This document shows positions 50,437 to 60,600 of a DNA stretch of 64,000 bases, one piece after another. Position numbers and translations under genes: made by a program. Under the pieces are notes generated by a model. That model saw nothing but the letters and a program-made list of their open reading frames with translations. It made no database searches and had not been told where the DNA came from. The stretch is taken from the NCBI GenBank assembly GCA_965116885.1, contig OZ220741.1, forward strand, positions 5,152,001-5,216,000, written 5' to 3'. Positions within the stretch are counted from its first letter, which is position 1. Each line of letters opens with the position of its first letter. Source of the DNA: Candidatus Latescibacterota bacterium. GTDB taxonomy: Bacteria; Latescibacterota; UBA2968.

Positions 50437-53103
50437 TTATTTACCGAAAGCATCGACAAAAATCAGAAAATCGCCAATCCCAATTGTGCCATCGCCATCC
50501 AGATCAAACCGCGCATCATATCCCGCATCGCCACGACTTAATCCGAATCGGGTTGCAAACAGCAGAAAATCGCTAATGCCAACTGTCCCATCGCCATCAA
50601 AATCAGCCGTTGGCGACGCCACCGGAACACCAGTGACCACAGCATCCACGCCCACATCTGCCGCTGTTAGAGGACCTCCGCCTTTCTCCTGAACTGGAAA
50701 CTCGACGCAACCAACTGTTTTGCGCTCGCCGCGAGAATTTCCTAAGATATCGGTTGTTATATCTGGATAATGCCCCTCGGCATTGCCAATCAAACCACTG
50801 GACTCTGCTGGCGCAACAACCCCATTGGGCAGATACTCCACATCGATCCGCTCAACCTTTATCCCATCCCGAGCGGGCATACCCAAATCCCCATCCGTCA
50901 CATTCCCCTCCCATCGCCAATCCACCGGCTCATCGCCCAGCACCAGCCGCACAGTCCTATCGGACAACACAAAAGCATTATTCGCAATCACGCAATCTTT
51001 AGGCACCATGCCATTGGGATACAGAATGTGATTTAGACCCACATCCATCGCCGGACTACATCCCACAAACGTATTAAACGCAACTATCGCGCGCTCCACC
51101 CGCACATAGTGATCATCCGGTAACCCATCATTCATACCCACGCCAAACGCATTGAGCGAGTGGAACAAATTATTCACAACAACCTGATCTGTCCCCTGCA
51201 AACGCACACCGCCCGCTCGGTGTTCGCCCTCGCCAAAAAAGAAATTCTCAGACACCACATTGCCATCTCCGTGCCTAAGCTCTAGCGCGCCGCGGCAATC
51301 GCGAAACGTATTCCTGCGAAGCATATTGCCATTGGACTTCACAGAAATAATCTCCGCCTCCCCATTACAACGCTCAAAAAGATTGTACTCAATCACCGTC
51401 TCACAATCGCCCGGCTCTGGGTCCCAGGGATTTCCCTCTGTAATGAGTTGAAGCGTCTCGTACCCATTGCTCTCCTTCCCTTCTGGAACATCGACGAAGT
51501 GGTTGTGGTGAACATGGTGTCTCTCGCCCTGATTCCGAACGTAAATCTGCATCAACTGGCAGCCGCCCATCTTCTCGCGGTTATTGGTCTTATTCTCAAA
51601 TCGGCAGCGATCAATCTCAATCTCCCGGCTCTCTGCACGGACGCGTATCCACGTGCCCACCTGCACATCTGTCATTACACAGCGACTTATGCGACAACCT
51701 CTCCCCCGAATTTCTATACTGCCCTTCTCCTCAAAGCGAAGACCTACGAGATTAATGTAATCTCCCTCTATAGATATGGGACCCTGGATAACGGCTTTCC
51801 CGATGTTCTTCGCCTGAATTGTGATGGGATAGGCCGCGCTCCCCTTTGCTACCAACTCGCACACATCGCCATCATATACTCCGTCATCTAAGGTGATTGT
51901 GTCGCCCGCCCGCGCGTCAGACACCCGGTGTTCAAGATCGGATAATGTCATAATTCCTGTGCGAAAGGTCAACGGTGGCACCGACGCATGCCCTATGAGT
52001 AATACCTCGACCGTATTTTCTTTTGATGATCCCAATGTCAAGGTTGTCTGTGCCCAACCTTTAGTATTGGTTGTGCCGGTGGTGGTACTGAGTGAGCCAC
52101 CACCTGAGGTGACGGTAAAAGACACCGGCACACCAGCAAATGCTTCATCCCTCTGATCCCACACTTCCACAACAAAGGGGGCCGCCAAAGCCGCACCGGG
52201 CGTGCCATCCTGCCCTTGCCCTGAGACTATGGCCAACCTCGCTGGCGTGCGAGAATCGAAACTTACGCGGACCCCGCGGCCCTGAAGAGCCGGAATGTGC
52301 GTATTAAGAGAGGGATAGGTCAGAGGGTTACGTAGCAAATTGACCTCGTCATCATTTCCCAGTCCCGTGTTTACTACCAATGGCGAGATGTCCAGGATGT
52401 TGTTTATGTGAAGCTCCAGAGATGTCAGACCAGTTAAGTTAGAAAGCGGCGACACATCTGAAATACTGTTGCCCCATAGCGATAGATGTATCAGATCGAT
52501 TAAGCCCGCGAGGTGTGAAAGATCTGACATATTGTTCCGGCTAATATCCAGAGATCTCAGACGGGTTAAGTTAGAAAGCGGCGACACATCCGAGATTGAG
52601 TTGAGCTCAAGATCCAGAAATGTCAGACGGGTTAAGTTGGAAAGTGGAGATATATCCGAGATTGCGTTGCTCTGGATATCCAGTTCTGTCAGATGGGTTA
52701 AGTTAGAAAGCGGAGATATATCCGAGATACTGTTGCCTGCAAGATTTAGCTTTGTCAGGCTGGTTAAGCTCGACAGTGGCGAGAGGTTGGAGATGTCGTT
52801 GCTGTTGATATAACCACCCTCTCCCCACGCGCCACCGAGATAAAGATGGGTCAATCCGGTTGCATACTCAAGTCCTACCAGGTTGTTGATATTCGTATCC
52901 CGCGCGTCAATGCGCGTCAATGTCGCCATTTCCGCCCGAGTAATCGTCGCACCGCTTGCCTTGTCCAACGAATCCTCAATGACAGCCCTCAGGTTCACGT
53001 CGGGGATGGTTGTGACCTGGTTCTGCGCGCTGCTTTCGCCGCAGACGGCAAAGAAAATTAAAAGTATGGTAAAGACAGAGGATATATAACGGCAAAAGAT
53101 CAT
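50437..53103 (-). CDS. Secreted internalin-type LRR + Ig-like + PL6 (chondroitinase B/alginate lyase-like) + EF-hand/dockerin-like protein
   Basis: 22-aa NSISDISPLSNLT repeats; Ig strand TNTKGWAQTTLTLG; GEAEIISVKS and RHG PL6 motifs; two DxDGDG repeats. Confidence 0.85.
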   Translation of the reverse strand: MIFCRYISSVFTILLIFFAVCGESSAQNQVTTIPDVNLRAVIEDSLDKASGATITRAEMATLTRIDARDTNINNLVGLEYATGLTHLYLGGAWGEGGYINSNDISNLSPLSSLTSLTKLNLAGNSISDISPLSNLTHLTELDIQSNAISDISPLSNLTRLTFLDLELNSISDVSPLSNLTRLRSLDISRNNMSDLSHLAGLIDLIHLSLWGNSISDVSPLSNLTGLTSLELHINNILDISPLVVNTGLGNDDEVNLLRNPLTYPSLNTHIPALQGRGVRVSFDSRTPARLAIVSGQGQDGTPGAALAAPFVVEVWDQRDEAFAGVPVSFTVTSGGGSLSTTTGTTNTKGWAQTTLTLGSSKENTVEVLLIGHASVPPLTFRTGIMTLSDLEHRVSDARAGDTITLDDGVYDGDVCELVAKGSAAYPITIQAKNIGKAVIQGPISIEGDYINLVGLRFEEKGSIEIRGRGCRISRCVMTDVQVGTWIRVRAESREIEIDRCRFENKTNNREKMGGCQLMQIYVRNQGERHHVHHNHFVDVPEGKESNGYETLQLITEGNPWDPEPGDCETVIEYNLFERCNGEAEIISVKSNGNMLRRNTFRDCRGALELRHGDGNVVSENFFFGEGEHRAGGVRLQGTDQVVVNNLFHSLNAFGVGMNDGLPDDHYVRVERAIVAFNTFVGCSPAMDVGLNHILYPNGMVPKDCVIANNAFVLSDRTVRLVLGDEPVDWRWEGNVTDGDLGMPARDGIKVERIDVEYLPNGVVAPAESSGLIGNAEGHYPDITTDILGNSRGERKTVGCVEFPVQEKGGGPLTAADVGVDAVVTGVPVASPTADFDGDGTVGISDFLLFATRFGLSRGDAGYDARFDLDGDGTIGIGDFLIFVDAFGK

Positions 53104-53187
53104 AAATTTTCTTGCTCACTTTCTGACGACTTTGTGCAAGATCTCCGGCTCATTAAAGTTACCGCGGACGAAGTCGAGGCGCAGGAG

Positions 53188-54024
53188 CTAAAAAGACCGG
53201 GCAACTCGAAAACCGTAGGTGACGTCCCGGTAACTGGGGGGTTTCCCGTAGCGAAGCGCCGAACGCAAGAACCACGGAGAGTCGTCCCACGATCCACCAC
53301 GAAATACGCGCTCGCAGTAGCCATCCCCTGCCCCTGACTCCCTCGCAGAACCGTCTGAAGGTGCGCCTTCATAGCTTCCTTCATAGCAATCTTGAACCCA
53401 CTCCCGCACATTCCCGTGCATATCGTGAACGCCCCAAGCATTGGCTGAGAATGATCCCACTGGCGCTGTCTTCTCACCATCCCACTGACTGCCGCAACCT
53501 CTGCAATTGGCACGATTGACGCCTATGCTGTCTCCCCAGCTATACTTCGTCGTTGAACCAGCACGCGCCACATACTCCCATTCCGCTTCACTCAATAAAC
53601 GATACGTTTTATCCGTCCGGGCTGACAACCAACTAACATAAGACTGCACATCTTCCCAACTCACATTCATCACAGGACGATTCTCACGGTCCCAGCTATT
53701 ATCTGGAATATCCGGAAGATAGTTTCCACAACCTCCTGCATCCAGACAGGCATACCATTCGTCAAAGGTCACCTCATATACACCCACTGCAAACCGGTAA
53801 TCTATACGCACTCTGCGCATCGGTCTTTCACTATACCTACCCCTTTCACGCGCGGGTGACCCCATCCTGAACGATCCCGATGGCACGACAACCATCTTTG
53901 GACATTCATCACAATCTTGAAAAGTTTCTCCGGGTGAAGGCGTACTATCCCCAGTGTTCTGTTGTGACCATAGAGGAAGGCTCAGAAGAATGAATACACC
54001 TGTACAAATACAGTAACGATACAT
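53188..54024 (-). CDS. Secreted FGE-sulfatase/SUMF1 (C-type-lectin fold) protein
   Basis: Signal peptide; RLLSEAEWEY, DMHGNVREW, RGGSW...GFRVARSF. Confidence 0.9.
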   Translation of the reverse strand: MYRYCICTGVFILLSLPLWSQQNTGDSTPSPGETFQDCDECPKMVVVPSGSFRMGSPARERGRYSERPMRRVRIDYRFAVGVYEVTFDEWYACLDAGGCGNYLPDIPDNSWDRENRPVMNVSWEDVQSYVSWLSARTDKTYRLLSEAEWEYVARAGSTTKYSWGDSIGVNRANCRGCGSQWDGEKTAPVGSFSANAWGVHDMHGNVREWVQDCYEGSYEGAPSDGSARESGAGDGYCERVFRGGSWDDSPWFLRSALRYGKPPSYRDVTYGFRVARSF

Positions 54025-54117
54025 CTTGTCTCTCCTTTCATTCACTCCAAGAAATTCTGCACACCTGCTTATCCTTCATTCCTTCATTATAGAGTTTTCT
54101 GTTTTTGAGACTCACGG

Positions 54118-55092
54118 TTAGAAAGCCAGCGACAAACCGGCTGCAAAATTACACTTATATGATAATATTTGCATCGGTATGATCCCGCCAAGAGTGATGT
54201 TGATACCAGCATTGCCCACCTCAAACCACCGCGTCAATCCCAGAAAGAGGTCATCGAACGGTTGGCTTCCCAACTGGAATCCTATGGATACATACGGACA
54301 TGGCAGGCACTCTTTCTTGCATAGCGAATCCAACTGGAGATTCACGAAGGTAAACGGCGACGGAACCAGTCTCAATTTATCCCGAAACTCGGACTCCTGT
54401 TGGTTCGGTTTCGCGGCGTATTTTACCACGAGACCATGCGATACGGTATATCGGGGTGGAGGATTTTCAATTTGAAATAACCATGGCCCTGACGAGGCCA
54501 CGACCCTACCCTTCGGGTTCTTTTTTTTATTAAAAGTCACTACAAAGGAACCGCCAGCCACCAGATCGTCTTTCACGGGCAATATCTGTAAACAGGTTCC
54601 ATTAACTTTGGATACAGTAGGCTGCCTCGGACCCAGTTCAGCTTTTTGGGATTTAGACACATTTAGTTTTGTCAGATTTTCCAGGATTATCTTCAGTATG
54701 TTGAGCCCCCTGGCCTTACCCATCACGGTGTAATGAATATCCGCAGCAGTAGTGTCACATCGCGCTGTAGAGTCGCATTGCCATTTCATCATTAATATCA
54801 CGTTGTCAGTTGGTTTAATATCAAATTCAGGTCTCTTTATTTCCCCCTTCTTGTCAGATTTGATCTTGACGTCCTTGTTGGACGTACGTGTGCCATAGAC
54901 CCGAGCATAGAGACAATCTGTCTGCCCCTTACCGGCGTCATACATGATTTCTACTACACGGTTTTCAGCCGCCTCTAATCCCGAATCCAAGCAAAGCACC
55001 AGAAATACGAATCCGACTGTCAACCACCAAGATTTCATATCCATTCTACTTGTAGGGAAAAGTCCTCGAACATACCGCCTAAAAAAAGTCAT
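54118..55092 (-). CDS. Secreted/outer-membrane hypothetical protein
   Basis: Signal-like WWLTVGFVFLVLCLDSGLEA, beta-rich, terminal Phe; start uncertain. Confidence 0.6.
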   Translation of the reverse strand: MTFFRRYVRGLFPTSRMDMKSWWLTVGFVFLVLCLDSGLEAAENRVVEIMYDAGKGQTDCLYARVYGTRTSNKDVKIKSDKKGEIKRPEFDIKPTDNVILMMKWQCDSTARCDTTAADIHYTVMGKARGLNILKIILENLTKLNVSKSQKAELGPRQPTVSKVNGTCLQILPVKDDLVAGGSFVVTFNKKKNPKGRVVASSGPWLFQIENPPPRYTVSHGLVVKYAAKPNQQESEFRDKLRLVPSPFTFVNLQLDSLCKKECLPCPYVSIGFQLGSQPFDDLFLGLTRWFEVGNAGINITLGGIIPMQILSYKCNFAAGLSLAF

Positions 55093-55197
55093 AAAACTTC
55101 CTCCCAACCTCCAAAAAACCGCAAAACTCCACAATCCCTCATACCCTCCAAAAACACCACTCCCTTCTCCCCCACAAAAAATGTAAAGAATTAGGAG

Positions 55198-56040
55198 CTA
55201 AAAAGACCGGGCAACTCGAAAGCCGGCGATAAGACCGCCAGCAGGGTAGTAACTCTCGATGCTAACCGAAGCACCGGTGCCGGTGGGGAGGTAACTGAGA
55301 TCGGTGAGAGACCTCACTACTTGGCGCGCGTGGCGATTCGCAGAACGCACGTGCCTCGGAGCACTGAAATACCCACCACCACGCAAAACGCGAAACTCGC
55401 AGTATCCAGTCAGCCAAGCAGTACCATCTGTAGGCGCACCCTCATAACTATCGTTCCAACAATCTTGAACCCACTCCAGCACATTACCATGCATGTCGTA
55501 CAGACCCCAACCATTGGCCTTGAACGAGCCCACACGCGCCGTTCTCGAACCACCCCACAGACTGGCGCATCCATCACAATTGGCGCGGTTGCGACCTATG
55601 TCGTTACCCCAGCTATACTTTGTCGTTGTACCTGCACGCGCCGCATACTCCCACTCCGCCTCACTCGGCAAACGATAGTGCTCCCTTGTCTGATCCGATA
55701 GCCATTCTGTGTACGCTATCGCGTCATACCACGAAACGAATACCGGACGCCGACCACGACCCCAGCCGAAATCGTATGCCTGCTCGCGTCCCGTCGCATC
55801 CGTGAAAGCATCATACTCCTCGAATGTCACCTCGTACTTCGACATTGCAAATGAGTCTATCTTCACTTCCTGCACAGGCTTCTCATTATCATTGCAGTCT
55901 ATACCTGACACGCAACCCATCTGAAAACTACCCGACGGAATCACCACCATCTCAGGCATTGGAAAACTCGGTTGGGAATACACTGAATACACCGTCCAGA
56001 AACTCATCACAACTGCCAATACAACAAATATGCGCCACAT
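55198..56040 (-). CDS. Secreted FGE-sulfatase/SUMF1 (C-type-lectin fold) protein
   Basis: Signal peptide; RLPSEAEWEY, DMHGNVLEW, RGGG...GFRVARSF with about 24 extra aa in the C-terminal loop. Confidence 0.9.
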   Translation of the reverse strand: MWRIFVVLAVVMSFWTVYSVYSQPSFPMPEMVVIPSGSFQMGCVSGIDCNDNEKPVQEVKIDSFAMSKYEVTFEEYDAFTDATGREQAYDFGWGRGRRPVFVSWYDAIAYTEWLSDQTREHYRLPSEAEWEYAARAGTTTKYSWGNDIGRNRANCDGCASLWGGSRTARVGSFKANGWGLYDMHGNVLEWVQDCWNDSYEGAPTDGTAWLTGYCEFRVLRGGGYFSAPRHVRSANRHARQVVRSLTDLSYLPTGTGASVSIESYYPAGGLIAGFRVARSF

Positions 56041-56098
56041 AATGAACCCCTTTCTTGTAGGCTTAAAAACAGATAGAGCTTACGACATCATTGGGACC

Positions 56099-57280
56099 TC
56101 ACCTTGCTGTTTCCACGATGATTCGCGCCTTCGATCCGGCACCACCCCGATGACGCCATACTTGCGTTTCTGTGTTCTCCCCAGTAACGCGGATCTCACC
56201 CGTGTTTTCGTCTCGGTAGCTACAGTCTCCCTTGTATCCCGTGCCGTTGAGGGCTGTCAATTCCACAGCATAACTTTCTCCTGCCCACACATCCAGCGTG
56301 TAGCAGTCCCAGTCGTTGTCAATTTCTCCGGAAAATATGCTTCTGCCATCTATATCAACGCGGATCTTATCGCCATCTTCGCACTCGTGGTCTCGCACGC
56401 AAATCTTCAAGGTTCCCGTCGAGCCTCTGATTTTCATCGGAAAGTCCTGGATGGCCTGATCACTCTCACTACCCTGATCATTGGCGACGGCCAGGCCGTC
56501 GTAGGCATAAATCTTATCGTAATGATCGTCCACCACCCACACGGTTGTCCCATCCGACCAGATCCCTGTGGGAGAATAGATGCCAGCGAGCTTATTGAAG
56601 TCCTTCGGGTCACGTGCTCTGGACCTCATGTTGTAGGCATACATTGTATCGTCCCAGTCGTCCACCACCCACATGGTTGTCCCGTCCGACCAGATACCCG
56701 TATCCCTGGCATACGCTGAGAAGGGTAGATCGAGGTCCTTGTCAGGGTCACGTGCTCTGGTCCTCAGGTTGTAGGCATAAATCTTATCTTCAGCACTGGC
56801 GAGTACCCACATAGTCGTCCCGTCCGACCAGATACCCGTAGAATTGGCATTTACCGCGATGTGTAGCTCGAAGTCCTTGTCAGGGTCACGGGCTTTAGAT
56901 CTCATGTCGTAGGCATAAATCTTGTAACGGTAGTCCACCACCCACATGGTCGTCCCGTCCGACCAGATATCTTCAGGGGAATCGTTGGCTGCTTCGAGCC
57001 TATTGAAGTCCTTATCAGGGTCACGGGCTTTGGATCTCAGGTTGTAGGCATAAATCTTATCTTCAAAACTGTCGAGCACCCACATGGTCGTTCCATCCGA
57101 CCAGATCCCTTCAGGGAATTTGTTTCCTGCAGCTTCCAGCGTATTGAAGTCCCTGTCTGGAGCACGGGTCAAGTCTTCAGCCAAAGCCGGACCTATCAAC
57201 ACAAACACCGAACAAGCTGAAAAAAACAAGGCAAGCACAAACAGGCGTAACCCAAGATACCTGCGACCATATGGCAACAT
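56099..57280 (-). CDS. Secreted NHL-like repeat beta-propeller protein with C-terminal beta-sandwich
   Basis: Five ~46-aa repeats RDPDKDF...IWSDGTTMWV...KIYAY. Confidence 0.85.
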   Translation of the reverse strand: MLPYGRRYLGLRLFVLALFFSACSVFVLIGPALAEDLTRAPDRDFNTLEAAGNKFPEGIWSDGTTMWVLDSFEDKIYAYNLRSKARDPDKDFNRLEAANDSPEDIWSDGTTMWVVDYRYKIYAYDMRSKARDPDKDFELHIAVNANSTGIWSDGTTMWVLASAEDKIYAYNLRTRARDPDKDLDLPFSAYARDTGIWSDGTTMWVVDDWDDTMYAYNMRSRARDPKDFNKLAGIYSPTGIWSDGTTVWVVDDHYDKIYAYDGLAVANDQGSESDQAIQDFPMKIRGSTGTLKICVRDHECEDGDKIRVDIDGRSIFSGEIDNDWDCYTLDVWAGESYAVELTALNGTGYKGDCSYRDENTGEIRVTGENTETQVWRHRGGAGSKARIIVETAR

Positions 57281-57356
57281 AATCCTCTCCTCTCATGGTA
57301 TTGTTTGACCATCTTCCCGCTCATCGCTCTGGCGGGACTTAAAATTAGTTTATAGA

Positions 57357-57373
57357 TGCAAAAAGCGTGCCAA
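57357..57373 (-). promoter_or_regulatory. Sigma-54 -24/-12 promoter
   Basis: Minus strand reads TTGGCACGCTTTTTGCA, matching TGGCAC-N5-TTGC. Confidence 0.88.
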
Positions 57374-57430
57374 CATGAGAACTGTTTCCAGACACATACT
57401 CGTAAAGGGTTGTTTTATATAAAGAAAAAA

Positions 57431-57596
57431 CCAATCTGACTATATAATACCGCCTCCAAATAGTCGGATTGGCTCTTGTATAAGACTTTATATGGCCTTA
57501 TACAAGACGTACTATGGTCTCAAGACTATAGTACGTCCTTTTTTCTTTGCAAGTGTGAGATTCAATATTATGTTCTTCCTTGCAAGCGTGAGATTC
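57431..57596. promoter_or_regulatory. Candidate enhancer/operator repeats
   Basis: Three adjacent inverted repeats and a 17-bp direct repeat TTGCAAGYGTGAGATTC (57547, 57580). Confidence 0.6.
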
Positions 57597-57639
57597 CATT
57601 TATAAATCCATTTTTTACCCTTATCACAAGGTTCTTTCT

Positions 57640-60600
57640 ATGACCAAACCACTTGACCGCACAGGCATCTGGCGGACTTATACTATGGCCGATGGCCTGG
57701 CCGGGATGCGCGTTGAACATATCGTTGAGGATAGCGAAGGGTATCTCTGGTTCGCCACATGGGGCAACGGTGTTAGTCGCTTCGATGGGGACGAGTTTCA
57801 GAATTTTACGCGACGCGACGGTCTTATTAATGATCATACTTATTTTCTTTTACAAGACAGTCAGAAGCGGTTGTGGTTCAGTACAGAAAATGGTGTATGC
57901 TGGTACAGCGGGACAGTGTTTCACCATTTGGAGGACGAGGGGATCGCAGGCCGTGCTGTGCACAGCATTTACGAAGACAGTGAGGGACGTGTATGGTTAG
58001 GGGGCACGAGAACTCTGGGATATTACGATGGCACTGTGTACCACGATCTGATTCCACGCTACCTGCAAGACTACGAACAGCCGCCTTCTCCTCAGTGGTC
58101 CAACCTGTGTTGGGGTATTACCCAGGATATGGAAGGTCGCCTGTGGTTTGGTTTTGACTACCCCATTCGCTACGATGGTCAATCCTTTCACCGCTATGAT
58201 GAGAAAGAGGGATTTCCTCAAGATGGAAACGTCTATTCTGTGGGCAGGGACCCTGCTGGCAAGGTGTGGATCGGTCGGCTTGGACATCGAGAAGGACTCT
58301 GGTGCTATGCCGATGGTACTTTCCTGTATGTGCAGGTGGATTTGGGTGGCGGATTACGTAGAATTCAGTGCGACGGTACAGGTCGGATGTGGTTCAGTAC
58401 TTCTGAGGGAGTACTCTACCAGGACGGTGAAGAATTCAACAGATTTACCCCTGCCGATGGCTTACCTCATCCCGCGGTCAAATCTGTGTTTCAAGATCGC
58501 GATCATCAGTATTGGTTCGCCACCTGGGGTGGCGTCGTGCTCTACGATACACAGACCAGTGTTTTCGATCTCAGTAAGGAACTCTCTTCAAACGTGAGTG
58601 AGGTCTCGCAACTCGTGCAAGACCGGCGAGGCGATATATGGGTAGGGTGTGTCGTTTACCTTCTCAATCCCTTGATCAAAAGCGTCTTTCGCTTCGATGG
58701 AGAGCACTTTGCATTCGCAGGCACCGAGTATGACTTTGATATCAACAACTGTTTTGCTATCTACGAGGACTTCGAGGGGTATCTGTGGTTTGGCGGCCGC
58801 AACGGGCTGTTCCGCTACGATGGGCAGAAAGTTGAAAAAATAGAAACAATCGCAGGTTTAGACGGAAAAAGTGTTAGTGCAATCGCCCAAGACTCGCAAG
58901 GAGGATTCCTTTTTGGTCATTGGGAGAACAGCACAGGGAAAAAAAGAGAAGATATTTTTGCCAGCGCATTGAAGCTTATTTACCAGCGAGGGGAGGAGTT
59001 CCAGACCATTTTTGTAGAAAATGAAAAGAAAGATCCTTTTAGCAGCATCGGTACTGTGATTGCCGGGCGCAACAACGAGATCTATTTTCATTTGACCTGC
59101 CACAATTTCTCAGTTGGCGGCAGAGGCCTGGCGCGGTGGCATCCCGAAGATGGTATTAAATTTTATGGCATTGAAGATGGTCTGATAGACCACCAGATCA
59201 CGGACCTGCTCTTAGACCGCAATGGCAACCTGTGGGTCGCTACCCCGTGCGGTCTCAGTTGCTTTGATGGCAACGACTTTCACAACTTCACAACAGCAGA
59301 TGGTTTGCCGAGTGATTGCATCCGTTGTTTGCTCGAAGATCGGCAAGGTCACCTTTGGATCGGTACAGACGGGGGTGTGATTCACTACGATGGCCAGTAT
59401 TTCCAGACGATCAACTCACCGCACATAGGATCGGTTTCCCAGATACTCGAAGACCGCGATGGAGCCTTCTGGCTTGGCACTACCCTGGGATCTATCATAC
59501 GCTATCGTCAGCGTCAAACTCTGCCCCAGATTCGCCTGCTTTCTGTGATTGCCGATCAGGTTTATGAGAACCTGCAGGAAGGTATTGTATCTAAGACAGA
59601 CCAGAATGTGATCTTCGAGTATAAAGGCATGAGTTTTTCTACCCATCCCCGCGACATGCTCTACATCTATCGCTTGAAAGGATACGACTCCGACTGGCAA
59701 CCAGCGACTCGAAAAATGCGGGCACATTACCGGGACTTGCCACCGGGAGATTACACTTTTCAGGTCAGGGCGATAGATCGCGACCTCAATTATTCGGAGA
59801 TGACACAGGTGCAACTCTCGGTAGAGCCTGACCCGCGTATCAAAGCATTGACGGACGTCATCAACCGTCGAGAAAGCCAGAAGTTTATCGGGCATAGCGC
59901 GGCACTGCGCCAGTTTCAAGTCAATCTTGAAAAAATTGCACCCACTGATATAACCGTGCTAATTCTGGGCGAGACGGGTGTGGGCAAGGGACTGGCTGCG
60001 CGGACACTACACGCGCTGAGTGCCAATGGCGATGGTCCTTTTATAGAAGTCAGTTGCGGCGCATTGCCTACAGCGTTGATCGATAGCGAACTGTTTGGTC
60101 ACGAGAGAGGGGCTTTTACCAGCGCAGTTTCTCACAGGCTGGGCAGGGTGGAACTGGCAGAGGATGGCACGCTCTTTTTAGATGAAGTCGGCGATATGGC
60201 TGTGGAAACGCAAGTCAAGCTGTTGCGCTTGCTGGAAGAGGGAACGTTTGAGCGGATTGGGAGCAACGAGACGCGGATGGCAAAGACGCGTATTGTGGCA
60301 GCGACAAATCGCGACTTAAAGGAGATGGTCAGCACAGGTGATTTTCGGGAGGATCTCTATTACCGCCTCAATGCCTTTCTGATGTATTTGCCGCCGCTTC
60401 GCGAGCGCAAGGAGGATATACCGGAGTTGGCCGAGTATTTTAAGGATCGCCTATCATCGCATATAGGCAAGCAAATAGATTCCTTGACGCCAGAAATTAT
60501 CGAGGTATTGCAAAGCTACGATTGGCCTGGAAATGTGCGTGAATTAGAGCATACCATACAGCGAGCAGTCATCTTGTGTCCTCATTCTCAAATCGGAGTG

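Noticed and set aside
53188..56040. FGE-family genes as sulfatase-maturating enzymes for the two sulfatases
   Set aside because: They lack the catalytic Cys pair after RGGS of true FGE and carry signal peptides, whereas the sulfatases appear cytoplasmic.
56500..57170. Regularly spaced DNA repeats resembling a CRISPR array (also 39637-39800 and 52380-52800)
   Set aside because: All lie in frame within protein repeats (propeller, pentapeptide, LRR), and no cas genes are present.
50042..57300. Complete diversity-generating retroelement
   Set aside because: No reverse transcriptase (YxDD), Avd gene or non-coding template repeat is visible in the window. Only target-like genes are reported.
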